The notes under the pieces are model-generated. The model did no database searches. It saw only the letters and a program-made list of their open reading frames with translations, and had not been told where the DNA came from. DNA of 41,673 nucleotides from Gammaproteobacteria bacterium (GTDB lineage: Bacteria > Pseudomonadota > Gammaproteobacteria > Ga0077554 > Ga007554): the NCBI GenBank assembly GCA_046590885.1, contig JBKJTS010000027.1:1-41673 (forward strand), in the 5' to 3' direction. The stretch's first letter is position 1. Every line of letters starts with the position of its first letter. The position numbers and the translations under genes were made by a program. Of the stretch, positions 1 through 9,491 are shown one piece after another.

Positions 1-968
1 TCTATTTTATTGTAGACTTCAATTCGGGGTATTTCATCGGCACCAATTTCTTTTAGTACTTCGTCTACTTGTTGTATGCATCCATGACGATTTTCAGTGC
101 TCGCATCAATCACGTGCAAGACCAAGGCCGCTTCACAGGTTTCTTCAAGCGTGGAACGGAATGCGGCGACAAGATCATGCGGTAAATGGCGAATGAACCC
201 TACGGTATCAACCAGTACGACAGCCTTGGCGCCCGGTAATTCTAACCGACGCAGGGTGGGATCAAGGGTCGCGAACAACTGATCAGCCGCGTACACTGTA
301 GCCCCTGTCAGACGATTAAACAAGGTGGATTTACCAGCATTGGTATAACCCACCAATGAGACAGTGTGTACAGCCGCCTTGCGACGTGCCTTGCGGCGTT
401 CATCGCGCTGACCACCGACCTTGTGTAAACGCTTGTTAAGCTGTTTGATGCGCGCACCAATCAGGCGACGATCAGTTTCCAGCTGAGTTTCGCCTGGGCC
501 GCGCAGCCCGATACCGCCACGCTGTCGCTCGAGATGCGTCCAGCCACGCACCAAACGTGTGGAAAGATGCTGCAATTGAGCCAACTCAACCTGCAATTTA
601 CCCTCAAACGACCGCGCGCGCTGCGCGAAAATATCAAGAATCAAGCCTACACGATCCAGCACGCGGCATTGTAATAATTGTTCGAGATTACGTTCTTGGC
701 CCGGCGATAATTCATGGTTGAACAACACCACATCGGCTTTCATGCTCTCGACACAAGCGCGTATTTCTTCAGCTTTACCACTGCCCACGAAATAACGTGC
801 GTCAGGGGTTTTGCGTGCAGCGGCTATAACCGCCACGGCCTCCGCCCCCGCTGATGATGCCAGCTCGCGAAACTCATCCAGTTCTTCACACATTCCTGCC
901 GCTTGAAAATTCACGCTGACAAGTATTGCACGCTCTCTGTAACGAGGGTATTCAATTAACTTTACCAA
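1..968 (-). CDS. hflX: GTPase HflX, N-terminal ~320 codons; the C-terminus runs off the left edge of the window
   Basis: Absent from the ORF track because there is no stop in the window. My reverse-strand translation from TTG at 968 stays open to position 1. It reads [19 protein letters not shown]...[22 protein letters not shown]...[18 protein letters not shown] (P-loop)...[12 protein letters not shown] (G3)...VYNKI. It lies 6 nt downstream of hfq, as in the conserved miaA-hfq-hflX arrangement. The exact start codon is uncertain. Confidence 0.85.
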   Translation of the reverse strand, partial: MVKLIEYPRYRERAILVSVNFQAAGMCEELDEFRELASSAGAEAVAVIAAARKTPDARYFVGSGKAEEIRACVESMKADVVLFNHELSPGQERNLEQLLQCRVLDRVGLILDIFAQRARSFEGKLQVELAQLQHLSTRLVRGWTHLERQRGGIGLRGPGETQLETDRRLIGARIKQLNKRLHKVGGQRDERRKARRKAAVHTVSLVGYTNAGKSTLFNRLTGATVYAADQLFATLDPTLRRLELPGAKAVVLVDTVGFIRHLPHDLVAAFRSTLEETCEAALVLHVIDASTENRHGCIQQVDEVLKEIGADEIPRIEVYNKI

Positions 969-974
969 TGGGGG

Positions 975-1271
975 TTATTCATCTTCGCTTTCATGGCTCG
1001 GGGCATGGTTAGTGGCATGACTAAGAGCATTAGCATCGGCTGAGGCATCATTACTGCCGGGCAACTTGATATTTCGAGCCGGTACGATCGTCGAAATGGC
1101 GTGCTTATATACCATCTGGCTGATAGTATTTTTTAATAGCACAGCAAACTGATCAAACGATTCAATTTGACCTTGGAGTTTGATGCCATTAACCAGATAA
1201 ATGGACACAGGTACGCGCTCCTTGCGCAGGGCATTTAAAAAAGGGTCTTGTATACTTTGCCCTTTAGTCAT
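975..1271 (-). CDS. hfq: RNA chaperone Hfq
   Basis: [54 protein letters not shown] is the canonical Sm1/Sm2 core. I prefer the internal ATG at 1271 (GGAGA 7 nt upstream) to the ORF-track start at 1328, which would add 19 non-conserved residues. Confidence 0.92.
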   Translation of the reverse strand: MTKGQSIQDPFLNALRKERVPVSIYLVNGIKLQGQIESFDQFAVLLKNTISQMVYKHAISTIVPARNIKLPGSNDASADANALSHATNHAPSHESEDE

Positions 1272-1498
1272 ATTTGTATCTCCTTTGTTTTTGGTTATGT
1301 TATCCATATCAACCTTTTGCTGGCTCAACTGACTTACATTTGTTACGCTATTTACACGTAATCCAAGATGCCTGAATACATATTAGGCCACGACCCATAA
1401 AAATCCCACAACTTCCAATATTTTATTTTACAGTAAACTGATGAAGGCTCAGACTATTCTATAATATAATCATATCACAGTTGTTGTATAACTCTATG

Positions 1499-2476
1499 TT
1501 AGATAAGGGTAGTACCCAAATGTTTCAAGACCTTATCAAAAATATTTTCAGAAATATCAAACTTTATCGTGTCGTGGGCAGAACGTAACCAAGTCAATTG
1601 TCGCTTAGCAAACTGCCGAGTGACAAAAATACCGCGTTCCTTCAGCTGATCATAACTCATTTCCCCTTCCAGATAATTCCACACTTGCCGGTAACCTACG
1701 GCACGCAATGCGGGCAGATCCATATGTAAGTCACCACGGCGGCGCAAGGTCTCTACCTCACCAATCAACCCGTGAGTGAGCATGGCTTTAAATCGCACTT
1801 CGATACGGCGATGCAACTCAGCCCGGTCATTAGGGAAGATCACAATCTTTATGGCGCAGTAGGGAAATACAATTCGCGGCATAGCCCGCAAGGTGCTGGG
1901 CTCCATAATCAGCTCATCGCTGGTTTGAGATGCGATGAGATCACTTAAAGATACGCCGCTAACGTCATATACCTCAAGTGCACGTTGAATGCGCTGGGTG
2001 TCATGGGGATGGATGCGAGCTGCGGCACGCGGATCTATTAGCGCCAATCTGGCATGCAGGCTGGCCAAGCCATTGCGCTGCAACTCGTCTTGAAGCCTTG
2101 AACGCACGGTTTCATCTGCGGCAGGTAAGTCAGATAAACCGTATTGCAAGGCCCGGAAATACAACATGGTGCCACCGACCAGCAAAGGAATACGACCGGA
2201 CTGGGTGATCTGCGCCATTTCGCGTAAGGCGTCATGCCGGAACTGGGCGGCTGAATAAATCTCGGCAGGGTCAAGAATATCAATGAGGCGATGTGGCGCC
2301 GCCGCCAGTTGAGCGGGGCTGGGTTTGGCGGTGCCAATGTCCATGCCACGGTATATCATGGCTGAGTCGACGCTGATGATGTCGCACGGAAAATGCCGAA
2401 CCAGCTCCAGCGCCAGATCAGTCTTACCCGCCGCCGTCGGCCCCATCAGGAAAATAGCGGGAGGAAGGGAATTCAT
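1499..2476 (-). CDS. miaA: tRNA dimethylallyltransferase MiaA
   Basis: 325 aa with N-terminal P-loop [17 protein letters not shown] and [21 protein letters not shown]. It sits directly upstream of hfq. Confidence 0.93.
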   Translation of the reverse strand: MNSLPPAIFLMGPTAAGKTDLALELVRHFPCDIISVDSAMIYRGMDIGTAKPSPAQLAAAPHRLIDILDPAEIYSAAQFRHDALREMAQITQSGRIPLLVGGTMLYFRALQYGLSDLPAADETVRSRLQDELQRNGLASLHARLALIDPRAAARIHPHDTQRIQRALEVYDVSGVSLSDLIASQTSDELIMEPSTLRAMPRIVFPYCAIKIVIFPNDRAELHRRIEVRFKAMLTHGLIGEVETLRRRGDLHMDLPALRAVGYRQVWNYLEGEMSYDQLKERGIFVTRQFAKRQLTWLRSAHDTIKFDISENIFDKVLKHLGTTLI

Positions 2477-2515
2477 GGAAATAGTCTATTACAGGGGTAC
2501 AGGCTGCACGCGGTA

Positions 2516-2603
2516 TGGCGGAGAGGGTGGGATTCGAACCCACGGAAGGTCTCCCTTCAACGGTTTTCAAGACCGTCGCTTTAGACCGCTCAGCCACCTC
2601 TCC
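2516..2603 (-). tRNA. tRNA-Ser (anticodon UGA), 88 nt with encoded CCA
   Basis: Hand-folded cloverleaf. Acceptor GGAGAGG/CCTCTCC; anticodon stem ACGGT/ACCGT with loop CTTGAAA (anticodon TGA, A36-A37-A38). Long variable arm GAAGG-GAGA-CCTTC, typical of class II Ser. T arm GTGGG-TTCGAAT-CCCAC, discriminator G, then CCA. Confidence 0.93.
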
Positions 2604-2829
2604 AGAAACAATCAATCCAGGTTATCCATCGCAGGATACCCTAAAAGCATCCTGAAATTCCACCAGAATTTGCTGGACTTCCTGTCATAAGATCAGAAAA
2701 TGCTGTGTTTTCCGTATAGCAATCGTCGCACATAGCCGATAAAATGGGGAACAATAAGTGGTTCAGACACTCTAAGTTTTTGGATACGATCAAAATTGGC
2801 TTCATACCCATCTAGGAGATAGCGCAAAA

Positions 2830-3498
2830 ATGAACACCTATCAGCAACCGACTGTCCAGGCGATTGGCTCTACAATCGCCACTAACAAGTTGATTAAAAA
2901 CACCTATATGCTACTGTCCATGACGCTGCTGTTCAGCGCGGCGATGGCGGGCGTGTCGATTGCCCTGAACCTGGCCCACCCCGGCATTATCATCACACTG
3001 GTGGGTTACCTAGGATTGCTGTTCTTAACTTATAAGCTGAAAAACAGTGCTTGGGGTCTGCTATCAGTTTTTGCCCTGACCGGTTTCATGGGTATTACCC
3101 TCGGCCCCATTATCAGCCATTACCTGAGCCTGCCCAACGGTGGTCAGGTGGTCATGAGCGCCATGGGCGCCACTGGCGCGCTGTTTCTGGGTCTGTCGGC
3201 CTACGCCCTGACAACCCGCAAAGATTTCAGTTTTATGGGGGGCTTCCTGTTTGTAGGCGTGATGGTGGCGTTTCTGGCCGGATTGGGCGCCATATTCTTT
3301 GAGATGCCGATGCTGGCACTGGCGGTGTCGGGAATGTTTGTGCTGCTGGCTTCGGGTTTGATACTGTTTGAAACTAGCCAGCTCATTCACGGCGGGGAAA
3401 CAAATTACATTATCGCAACGGTTTCGCTGTTTGTCAGCATCTACAATTTGTTTGCCAGCTTGCTGCATATCTTTGGCGCGACCAGCGGCGACGATTAA
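2830..3498 (+). CDS. Bax inhibitor-1 / YccA family inner-membrane protein
   Basis: 222 aa and about 7 TM segments. The N-terminus ...LIKNTYMLLSMTLLFSA and the C-terminal region IYNLFASLLHIFG are typical of the BI-1/YccA family. AGGAGA precedes the ATG. Confidence 0.85.
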   Translation: MNTYQQPTVQAIGSTIATNKLIKNTYMLLSMTLLFSAAMAGVSIALNLAHPGIIITLVGYLGLLFLTYKLKNSAWGLLSVFALTGFMGITLGPIISHYLSLPNGGQVVMSAMGATGALFLGLSAYALTTRKDFSFMGGFLFVGVMVAFLAGLGAIFFEMPMLALAVSGMFVLLASGLILFETSQLIHGGETNYIIATVSLFVSIYNLFASLLHIFGATSGDD

Positions 3499-3539
3499 GC
3501 TTTCAATAGCGAGCAAATCTCATCCGCGATCTGTAATAA

Positions 3540-3573
3540 CAGCCCCACCTCATTGAGACGGGGCTGTTTTTTT
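3540..3573 (+). terminator. Rho-independent terminator after the yccA-like gene; possibly bidirectional, since the convergent flavoprotein gene ends at 3601
   Basis: CAGCCCC (3540-3546) pairs with GGGGCTG (3560-3566). A T7 run follows at 3567-3573. Confidence 0.8.
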
Positions 3574-3600
3574 ATGCACAATTTCGCCGTTTATAAAATT

Positions 3601-4887
3601 TTATGAACAGCTCCTTAGCCAGGCCAACGCACCCAGACCTGCTGCCCGGCCACTGGAAAAGCACGCAGTAAGCAGATAACCGCCAGTGGGCGCTTCCCAA
3701 TCCAGCATTTCCCCTGCACAGAACACACCCGGCAGAACATTCAGCATCAGGTGTTTATTCAATGCTTCGAAACGAATGCCCCCGGCGCTGCTGATCGCTT
3801 CGTCGAGGGGACGTGGCGAAAGTAGCCGCAGTGGCAGCGCTTTAATGGCTGCACCGAGCCGAGTCGGTTCGGTGCAATCCTGCGGCGATAAACATTCATG
3901 GATTAATCCAGCCTTAACACCATGAATACCCACACGGCTTTTGAGGTGCGTTGCGAATGAGCGGGAACCGCGTGGGCGGGACACAGCGTCGATGACACGC
4001 TGTATTGTCCAGTCGGGCAATAGATCAAGATGAATGAGCGCCGCACCGGTAGCAGTAATTTGGTCGCGTAAACTAGCCGACAACGTATATATCACACCGC
4101 CCTCAACACCGCTTGCCGTCACTACGAATTCGCCTTGCTTGCGGTACGCAGTATTACCAGATCCACCACTCGAACTGGCAAAAGCCACGGCCACCGGCTT
4201 TACATAATGCCCTGCGAACCGCGTACGAAAGTGTTCGCTCCAGTCCACGTTAAAGCCACAGTTGGACGGTTCCAGCGCGGCAACCGATACTCCATGGTGG
4301 TCCAGTATTGGCACCCACGCGCCATCGGATCCAAGCCGTGCCCAACTGCCCCCGCCCAATGCTAGCACCACCGCCTCAGCGTGCACCACTTGTTCACCTG
4401 ATGGGGTGACAAAACGTAGCGCGCCAACGCCCAATGCACTACATATATCACCTCCACTCACGCGATCCCACCCATACCAGCGATGCCGCACATGAAAACG
4501 CACTCCCGCCGCACGCAAGCGCTGCAACCATGCACGTAACAGCGGTGCCGCTTTCATTTCGACAGGAAAAACACGCCCGGAGGTGCCAACAAAAGTATCA
4601 ATATCCAGACCATGAATCCAGTTACGCAATGCATCTGCCCCGAATGTATCCAGCAACGCCCCAATCTGCACACGCCGCGCGCCGTAGCGCGATAGAAAGG
4701 CTTCGCTGGGTTCAGCATGAGTGATATTCAAGCCGCCTTTACCTGCCAGCAAAAATTTGCGTCCAACAGAAGGCATCGCGTCATACACATCAACCCGCAT
4801 CCCCCCGCCACTTAAAATCTCGGCAGCCATTAACCCCGCTGGTCCGCCACCAATCACGGCGACCGAGTGTACATGTGGCTTATTCAA
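3601..4887 (-). CDS. HI0933/BaiN-like NAD(P)/FAD-dependent flavoprotein
   Basis: 428 aa. The N-terminal dinucleotide fold is VAVIGGGPAGLMAAE, followed by GRKFLLAGKGGLNITH, characteristic of the HI0933-like aminoacetone-oxidase-type family. Confidence 0.8.
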   Translation of the reverse strand: MNKPHVHSVAVIGGGPAGLMAAEILSGGGMRVDVYDAMPSVGRKFLLAGKGGLNITHAEPSEAFLSRYGARRVQIGALLDTFGADALRNWIHGLDIDTFVGTSGRVFPVEMKAAPLLRAWLQRLRAAGVRFHVRHRWYGWDRVSGGDICSALGVGALRFVTPSGEQVVHAEAVVLALGGGSWARLGSDGAWVPILDHHGVSVAALEPSNCGFNVDWSEHFRTRFAGHYVKPVAVAFASSSGGSGNTAYRKQGEFVVTASGVEGGVIYTLSASLRDQITATGAALIHLDLLPDWTIQRVIDAVSRPRGSRSFATHLKSRVGIHGVKAGLIHECLSPQDCTEPTRLGAAIKALPLRLLSPRPLDEAISSAGGIRFEALNKHLMLNVLPGVFCAGEMLDWEAPTGGYLLTACFSSGRAAGLGALAWLRSCS

Positions 4888-5364
4888 TGCCGTAAGCCCC
4901 TTAATTAACCTAAAAATGGCGATGGCCCCTTACGCGGACACACGCTTTGGCAGCCAAAAATTATGCCTTGGTCACACATCATACCCCATGGATGGATCAG
5001 GCCATTTAACTTCTGGCATCTTTTGTCGCTAAAATACTAATTCTAAGATAAAATTTAACGCATTTTTGTATGGTCTTTGCGGTTAAATCTTGCTCAATAC
5101 TAATAAACTTGGGACACGTGTTTTTGCGAGCGCAGTGAGGAATCCTGGAAGATCTCTCACATTCGTTTGGGACAAGGATTTCCCCGTCGTTGCAGGATCA
5201 GTGGGTCGAAATGGCAGTATGAAAAAGTTGATGTGAATAACATTACACCCAAAACTAAACCGAACAGGATTGGCACCTTACTCACTTTCCGTTTCCATAA
5301 GAACGGAGAGTGGGGGGAATGCACAATGCCAGTAAACGATTTTTTTTATTTAAAGTGACATGAC

Positions 5365-7233
5365 GTGAGCGGAATTTGTGGTTGGATAAATAACACTGAA
5401 ACCCCGGCCGCGCCTGCGCTCCTTGCGGCGATGGTGCAGGGGTTAGCGAGCTATGTCCCTGATCACGCATCGCTCTGTGTCAACGGTGGATCAGCACTTA
5501 GCGCCGGGTCCCCGCACGGCAACGCCAGCATCTATAAAAGCATTGAAAATGGCCTGCTTATCGCATTCGAAGGGCATCCCTATTGGCACTCCGACGTCTT
5601 AACTAAACTCGCCGAAGCCCAAGGCGCAGCTGCCGCCGTTGCTAATTCCTACCAGCGTAACGGCATTAAGGCACTGCAAGAAATACACGGCCCGTTTGCT
5701 CTGGCCATCATTGACCAGAAAAAACATCAAGCACTCCTGGCCGTAGATCGGTTGGGCATCCGCCCCCTCTGTTATGCCCAGACAGCCAATCACTCCCTGG
5801 GCCAACTGGTATTCGGCTCGACCACAGACAGCGTCATCGCTCACCCCGCCGTTAACGCAGTGATTGACCCACAGGCAATTTTTAATTATCTGTTCTGTCA
5901 TATGGTGCCGAGTCCCGGCAGCATCTATGCAGGCGTACGAAAACTCTTGCCCGGCCAATATATTTTATTTCAGGAAAATCGCGTTACCGAAGCATTTTAC
6001 TGGACGCTTGAATATCAGGAAAAAAACCAGGACACTCTCACGGCTCGGTCATCACGCCTCAAAGACTTATTAAATAATGCCGTGCAACGCACCATCAGCA
6101 ACCACAAAACCGGTGCGTTCCTAAGTGGTGGCACAGACAGTTCGACAATCACCGGCGTTCTGACCAAGGTGTGCGGCACATCTGCCAATACCTACTCAAT
6201 AGGCTTTGAGGCTGATGGCTTTGATGAAATGGAATACGCACGCATCACCGCCAAGCACTTTGACAGCCACATTCATGAATATTATGTTACTCCCCAGGAT
6301 GTGGTCGATGCTATTCCTCTGGTAGCACAGGCCTATGACGAACCGTTTGGCAATGCATCCGCCGTACCCACTTACTATTGCGCCAAACTGGCCCACCAGG
6401 ATGGAATACGTATGCTGCTGGCAGGTGATGGCGGCGATGAAATTTTTGGTGGCAATGCACGTTACGCTAAACAAAAGATCTTTGATTTTTACTCTTGCAT
6501 CCCCCGCGCGCTGCGCCAGGTACTGATTGAACCTGTAGCATTTTCTCTGCCAGAAATGGGACCGTTGCAGAAACTGCAAAGTTATATTCGCCAGGCACAA
6601 GTGCCCTTACCCGATCGCCTGGAATCCTATAACTTTCTGCATCGCACCCCACTGGGAGACGTATTTGAAACCGATTTTCTTAAGCGCATCAACCCCACAA
6701 ACCCAATTGAACAAATGCGCGAAGTATATCAACGTGCACACGCCAGCTCATCTATCAATCGCATGATGTATCTTGATTTGAAACAAACCCTCGCCGACAA
6801 CGACCTGCGCAAAGTCAACCGCATGTGCGCACTTGCTGGCATGGATGTGCGCTACCCATTGCTGGATGAAGATATCGTGGCATTCGCAGCCACAATTCCG
6901 CCAAAATTACAGGTAAAAGGAGTCAACCTACGTTACTTCTTCAAAGAAGCGTTACGTGATTTCCTACCCGCAGAAACCCTCACCAAAAGCAAACACGGCT
7001 TTGGCCTGCCATTTGGGCTATGGATGAACACCCACGCTCCGTTGCGTGAACTGGCGTATGACAGTTTGCACTCATTCCGACAACGCGGCTTCATCAAGTC
7101 TGGGTATCTTGATCAGTTGCTCGTACAACACCGTGCCGGACATGCGTCGTATTATGGCGTGATGATATGGGTTATCATGATGTTGGAGCAGTGGCTCCAG
7201 GCACATAAGGGCGCAATAGTGCGAGTGACATAA
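5365..7233 (+). CDS. Asparagine synthase (glutamine-hydrolysing) family amidotransferase
   Basis: 622 aa. Ntn-type N-terminus ..ICGW. PP-loop SGGTDSS in AFLSGGTDSSTITG. AsnB-type C-terminal synthetase domain (LLAGDGGDEIFGG). Start codon is uncertain; see findings. Confidence 0.85.
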   Translation: MSGICGWINNTETPAAPALLAAMVQGLASYVPDHASLCVNGGSALSAGSPHGNASIYKSIENGLLIAFEGHPYWHSDVLTKLAEAQGAAAAVANSYQRNGIKALQEIHGPFALAIIDQKKHQALLAVDRLGIRPLCYAQTANHSLGQLVFGSTTDSVIAHPAVNAVIDPQAIFNYLFCHMVPSPGSIYAGVRKLLPGQYILFQENRVTEAFYWTLEYQEKNQDTLTARSSRLKDLLNNAVQRTISNHKTGAFLSGGTDSSTITGVLTKVCGTSANTYSIGFEADGFDEMEYARITAKHFDSHIHEYYVTPQDVVDAIPLVAQAYDEPFGNASAVPTYYCAKLAHQDGIRMLLAGDGGDEIFGGNARYAKQKIFDFYSCIPRALRQVLIEPVAFSLPEMGPLQKLQSYIRQAQVPLPDRLESYNFLHRTPLGDVFETDFLKRINPTNPIEQMREVYQRAHASSSINRMMYLDLKQTLADNDLRKVNRMCALAGMDVRYPLLDEDIVAFAATIPPKLQVKGVNLRYFFKEALRDFLPAETLTKSKHGFGLPFGLWMNTHAPLRELAYDSLHSFRQRGFIKSGYLDQLLVQHRAGHASYYGVMIWVIMMLEQWLQAHKGAIVRVT

Positions 7234-7284
7234 AGGGGGCGGCCTCGGCACCCTAAAAATAGCGGTATTTTGTCGATCAAGCTA

Positions 7285-7845
7285 ATGGCAAAAAAATTAA
7301 AATTAAAACTCAGCGAAGAAGACTGCGAACTATTTCGCCGTGAGGTGGGCAATGTGCGCCTACTACACCATGATAAAATCACACTGCGACGCCTGCCCGC
7401 CAAACCCGTCAAATCAATTTCTCATCAACCCTGGCTTGAGCACCGCCCCCCGGCGCGCGATACATTATCTGATGACATCGACGTGGGCATGCTTGAAACC
7501 AGTGATGAAATGCTGTTTGTACGCACGGGCATTCAGCATGGCTTGCTGCGCAAATTGCGTCGCGGTCAATTCAGCACCAGCGGTCAACTCGACTTACATG
7601 GCCTGACCATACCCGAAGCGCGTCAAGCTCTGACAGGCTTTTTACACACCAGCCAGGTACGCGGAGCGCAATGCGTGATCATTATTCACGGCAAAGGCTA
7701 TGGCTCACAGCATAAGCAACCCATCCTGAAAAACAAGGTCAATAGCTGGTTGCAACAACACACTGAAATATTAGCTTTTTGTTCGGCTCAACCGGCAGAT
7801 GGGGGAACGGGTGCGGTATATGTGCTGCTCCGCCGAGGAACGTAA
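7285..7845 (+). CDS. smrB: Smr-domain endonuclease, SmrB-like (ribosome-rescue nuclease family)
   Basis: MAKKLKLKLSEEDCELFRREV...LRRGQFSTSGQLDLHGLTIPEARQAL...IIIHGKG...GGTGAVYVLL is collinear with E. coli SmrB/YfcN. I prefer the ATG at 7285 to the TTG at 7270. Confidence 0.8.
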   Translation: MAKKLKLKLSEEDCELFRREVGNVRLLHHDKITLRRLPAKPVKSISHQPWLEHRPPARDTLSDDIDVGMLETSDEMLFVRTGIQHGLLRKLRRGQFSTSGQLDLHGLTIPEARQALTGFLHTSQVRGAQCVIIIHGKGYGSQHKQPILKNKVNSWLQQHTEILAFCSAQPADGGTGAVYVLLRRGT

Positions 7846-8116
7846 AATTTTCAAGAATATGCTTAATGTGTACTGTCAATCACAAACACTCTTGCTTTAA
7901 AAAACAGTTTCGTTATCGTATCGTAATAATTGGTGACTGATTTCTCCTGCATTTTTTCTTATACCTGCCACCTGATCAAAACGTTTTTTCATGCCGGAAA
8001 GGCAGCAACTTCATTAACAATCTAAACATGTGGCAGGTGATCTCACAATTGATGGCTGGCAGAGTTAGCGTTAGCGTTAGCGCAGAAAAATACCGGCTAT
8101 CTTCTTATAGATACCC

Positions 8117-9481
8117 CTAAAAATATCGCGCCAGTTCAATCTGAATATAATTGTCGTTGCGGATACTGTACAGCACGTCAATAGGTTTCAGGCCATTGTA
8201 TGCTCTTGCTTCTATATTTAATTTCGATTTATCACCCAATCGACGGCTACCTTCTACATTGATAAAATGAGCATCGGATGCTGTGTCAAAAATAACACCC
8301 ATTAATAACTCGGTGCTTTGAACATCATTTGCTGCCAGACGTATGCCAAGCATGATGTCGTTCTGAAATGGTGTGGTGGCTTGTTTCCCACGATTATCAT
8401 ACAGATGTTCCGCCAGCATACTTAAATCCATGCCTGAATCAAATATACCGGAGAATGTATATTCAAACCCTGCAGTTGTAGCAAAAAAATCAGCTGGCTT
8501 TTTATCAATCAGGTGTCCAGTGCGGTTAATGGCTTCGAGTTTCCACAGCCAACTTCCTTTTGCGACTAACACATCGAGGCCGGTCTGGTTGATTAACCCA
8601 TAATAAGGGATTAATCTCGGTTGCCCGGTGCCATCAATGCCAAATTGAAATAATGGCTCACGATTAGTCCCAGAGAAATGGGATAGGCCAATATCCCAAT
8701 CACCCAAGGTATGTGACCAGCGAGCAGCCAAATCAATATGTCGCAACTTGCTACTGGACTCATATAGCGCTTCACCTGATTCGATACGTATCGGTAAACG
8801 TAAACGACCATGGGGTCCAGGAAAAGTGCGTTCCCGAAAACCGGGCAATACAAACAAATCGAGAGTACCCCAATCGCGCATCACAGCCAGATTCAGCATG
8901 GGTTGTCCAAGCTTCTCCTCCCCATCAGGATTTTCAACCAGATCAGTTTGATTGATAATGTCCACCAGGTGCTGGGATTCTGTTACGCCCCAAAATACTT
9001 TACGAATACCCGCCCGCCATTCGTATCCTTTCCCGACTTTCAACCAGGTCATCTCTCGAATATCAAAGTGGGTTCGCTCATTGTCGGTGGCGTCATAACG
9101 ATAAAAAGCTACGAAGGTAAAGCTTTGTTTGCCATTATTCCATTTCTGGTAATACTCTGGTTGTATGCTTAATGAAAGTTGAGAACTTTCCTGCCCGGGA
9201 AATAAGGCATCGTTTAAAAAAAACCGGCTTTCTACTGCAACATTCCCAGTCCACTTGCCTTCTTGAGCTACGGCCCGTGCCCTTTCTCGTTCGCGAGTAT
9301 CGGAGGGTAAGAAACGATCTCGGCCGCGCAGATCGGGTAAAGGTATCGGGGCACGCTCTAATGCACCAGGCAATGAGAGTGGCCTTCGATTCTCTGACTC
9401 AAAGGCAGCAAACGCCGGTTGAGTCATCGTAGCCACTAAGAGAGTTACAAATAATAAATGTTTAGATTTCATTAACATCAC
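8117..9481 (-). CDS. Predicted outer-membrane beta-barrel protein of unknown family; last gene of the TetR-MMPL operon
   Basis: 454 aa. Signal peptide MMLMKSKHLLFVTLLVATMTQPAFA. Alternating beta-strand-like pattern, aromatic-rich, with a C-terminal ...IELARYF typical of OMP terminal-Phe signatures. It starts 10 nt after the preceding gene. Confidence 0.6.
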   Translation of the reverse strand: MMLMKSKHLLFVTLLVATMTQPAFAAFESENRRPLSLPGALERAPIPLPDLRGRDRFLPSDTRERERARAVAQEGKWTGNVAVESRFFLNDALFPGQESSQLSLSIQPEYYQKWNNGKQSFTFVAFYRYDATDNERTHFDIREMTWLKVGKGYEWRAGIRKVFWGVTESQHLVDIINQTDLVENPDGEEKLGQPMLNLAVMRDWGTLDLFVLPGFRERTFPGPHGRLRLPIRIESGEALYESSSKLRHIDLAARWSHTLGDWDIGLSHFSGTNREPLFQFGIDGTGQPRLIPYYGLINQTGLDVLVAKGSWLWKLEAINRTGHLIDKKPADFFATTAGFEYTFSGIFDSGMDLSMLAEHLYDNRGKQATTPFQNDIMLGIRLAANDVQSTELLMGVIFDTASDAHFINVEGSRRLGDKSKLNIEARAYNGLKPIDVLYSIRNDNYIQIELARYF

Positions 9482-9491
9482 GTTATGGCCT

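Noticed and set aside
97-282. 61-aa plus-strand ORF at the left edge
   Set aside because: It lies entirely antisense to the hflX reading frame, which has unmistakable GTPase motifs. It has no RBS and an Arg/Ser-rich composition typical of antisense frames.
1272-1328. 19-codon N-terminal extension of hfq in the ORF track ([19 protein letters not shown])
   Set aside because: The conserved Hfq N-terminus (MxKGQSLQDPFLN) begins at the ATG at 1271, which also has a GGAGA RBS. The extension is AT-rich and resembles nothing in Hfq.
2325-2690. Several 60-121-aa ORFs on both strands across 2325-2690
   Set aside because: They overlap the miaA 5' end and the tRNA-Ser gene. The tRNA cloverleaf explains the sequence conservation, and the ORFs have no coding signals.
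7963-8082. 9-bp inverted repeat ACCTGCCAC/GTGGCAGGT separated by 58 nt, and a (TTAGCG)x3 microsatellite at 8065-8082, in the smrB-OMP intergenic region
   Set aside because: About 16 chance 9-bp inverted repeats within 100 nt are expected in 41.7 kb. Three hexamer copies are too few to call a functional repeat. No associated ORF or terminator geometry is present.
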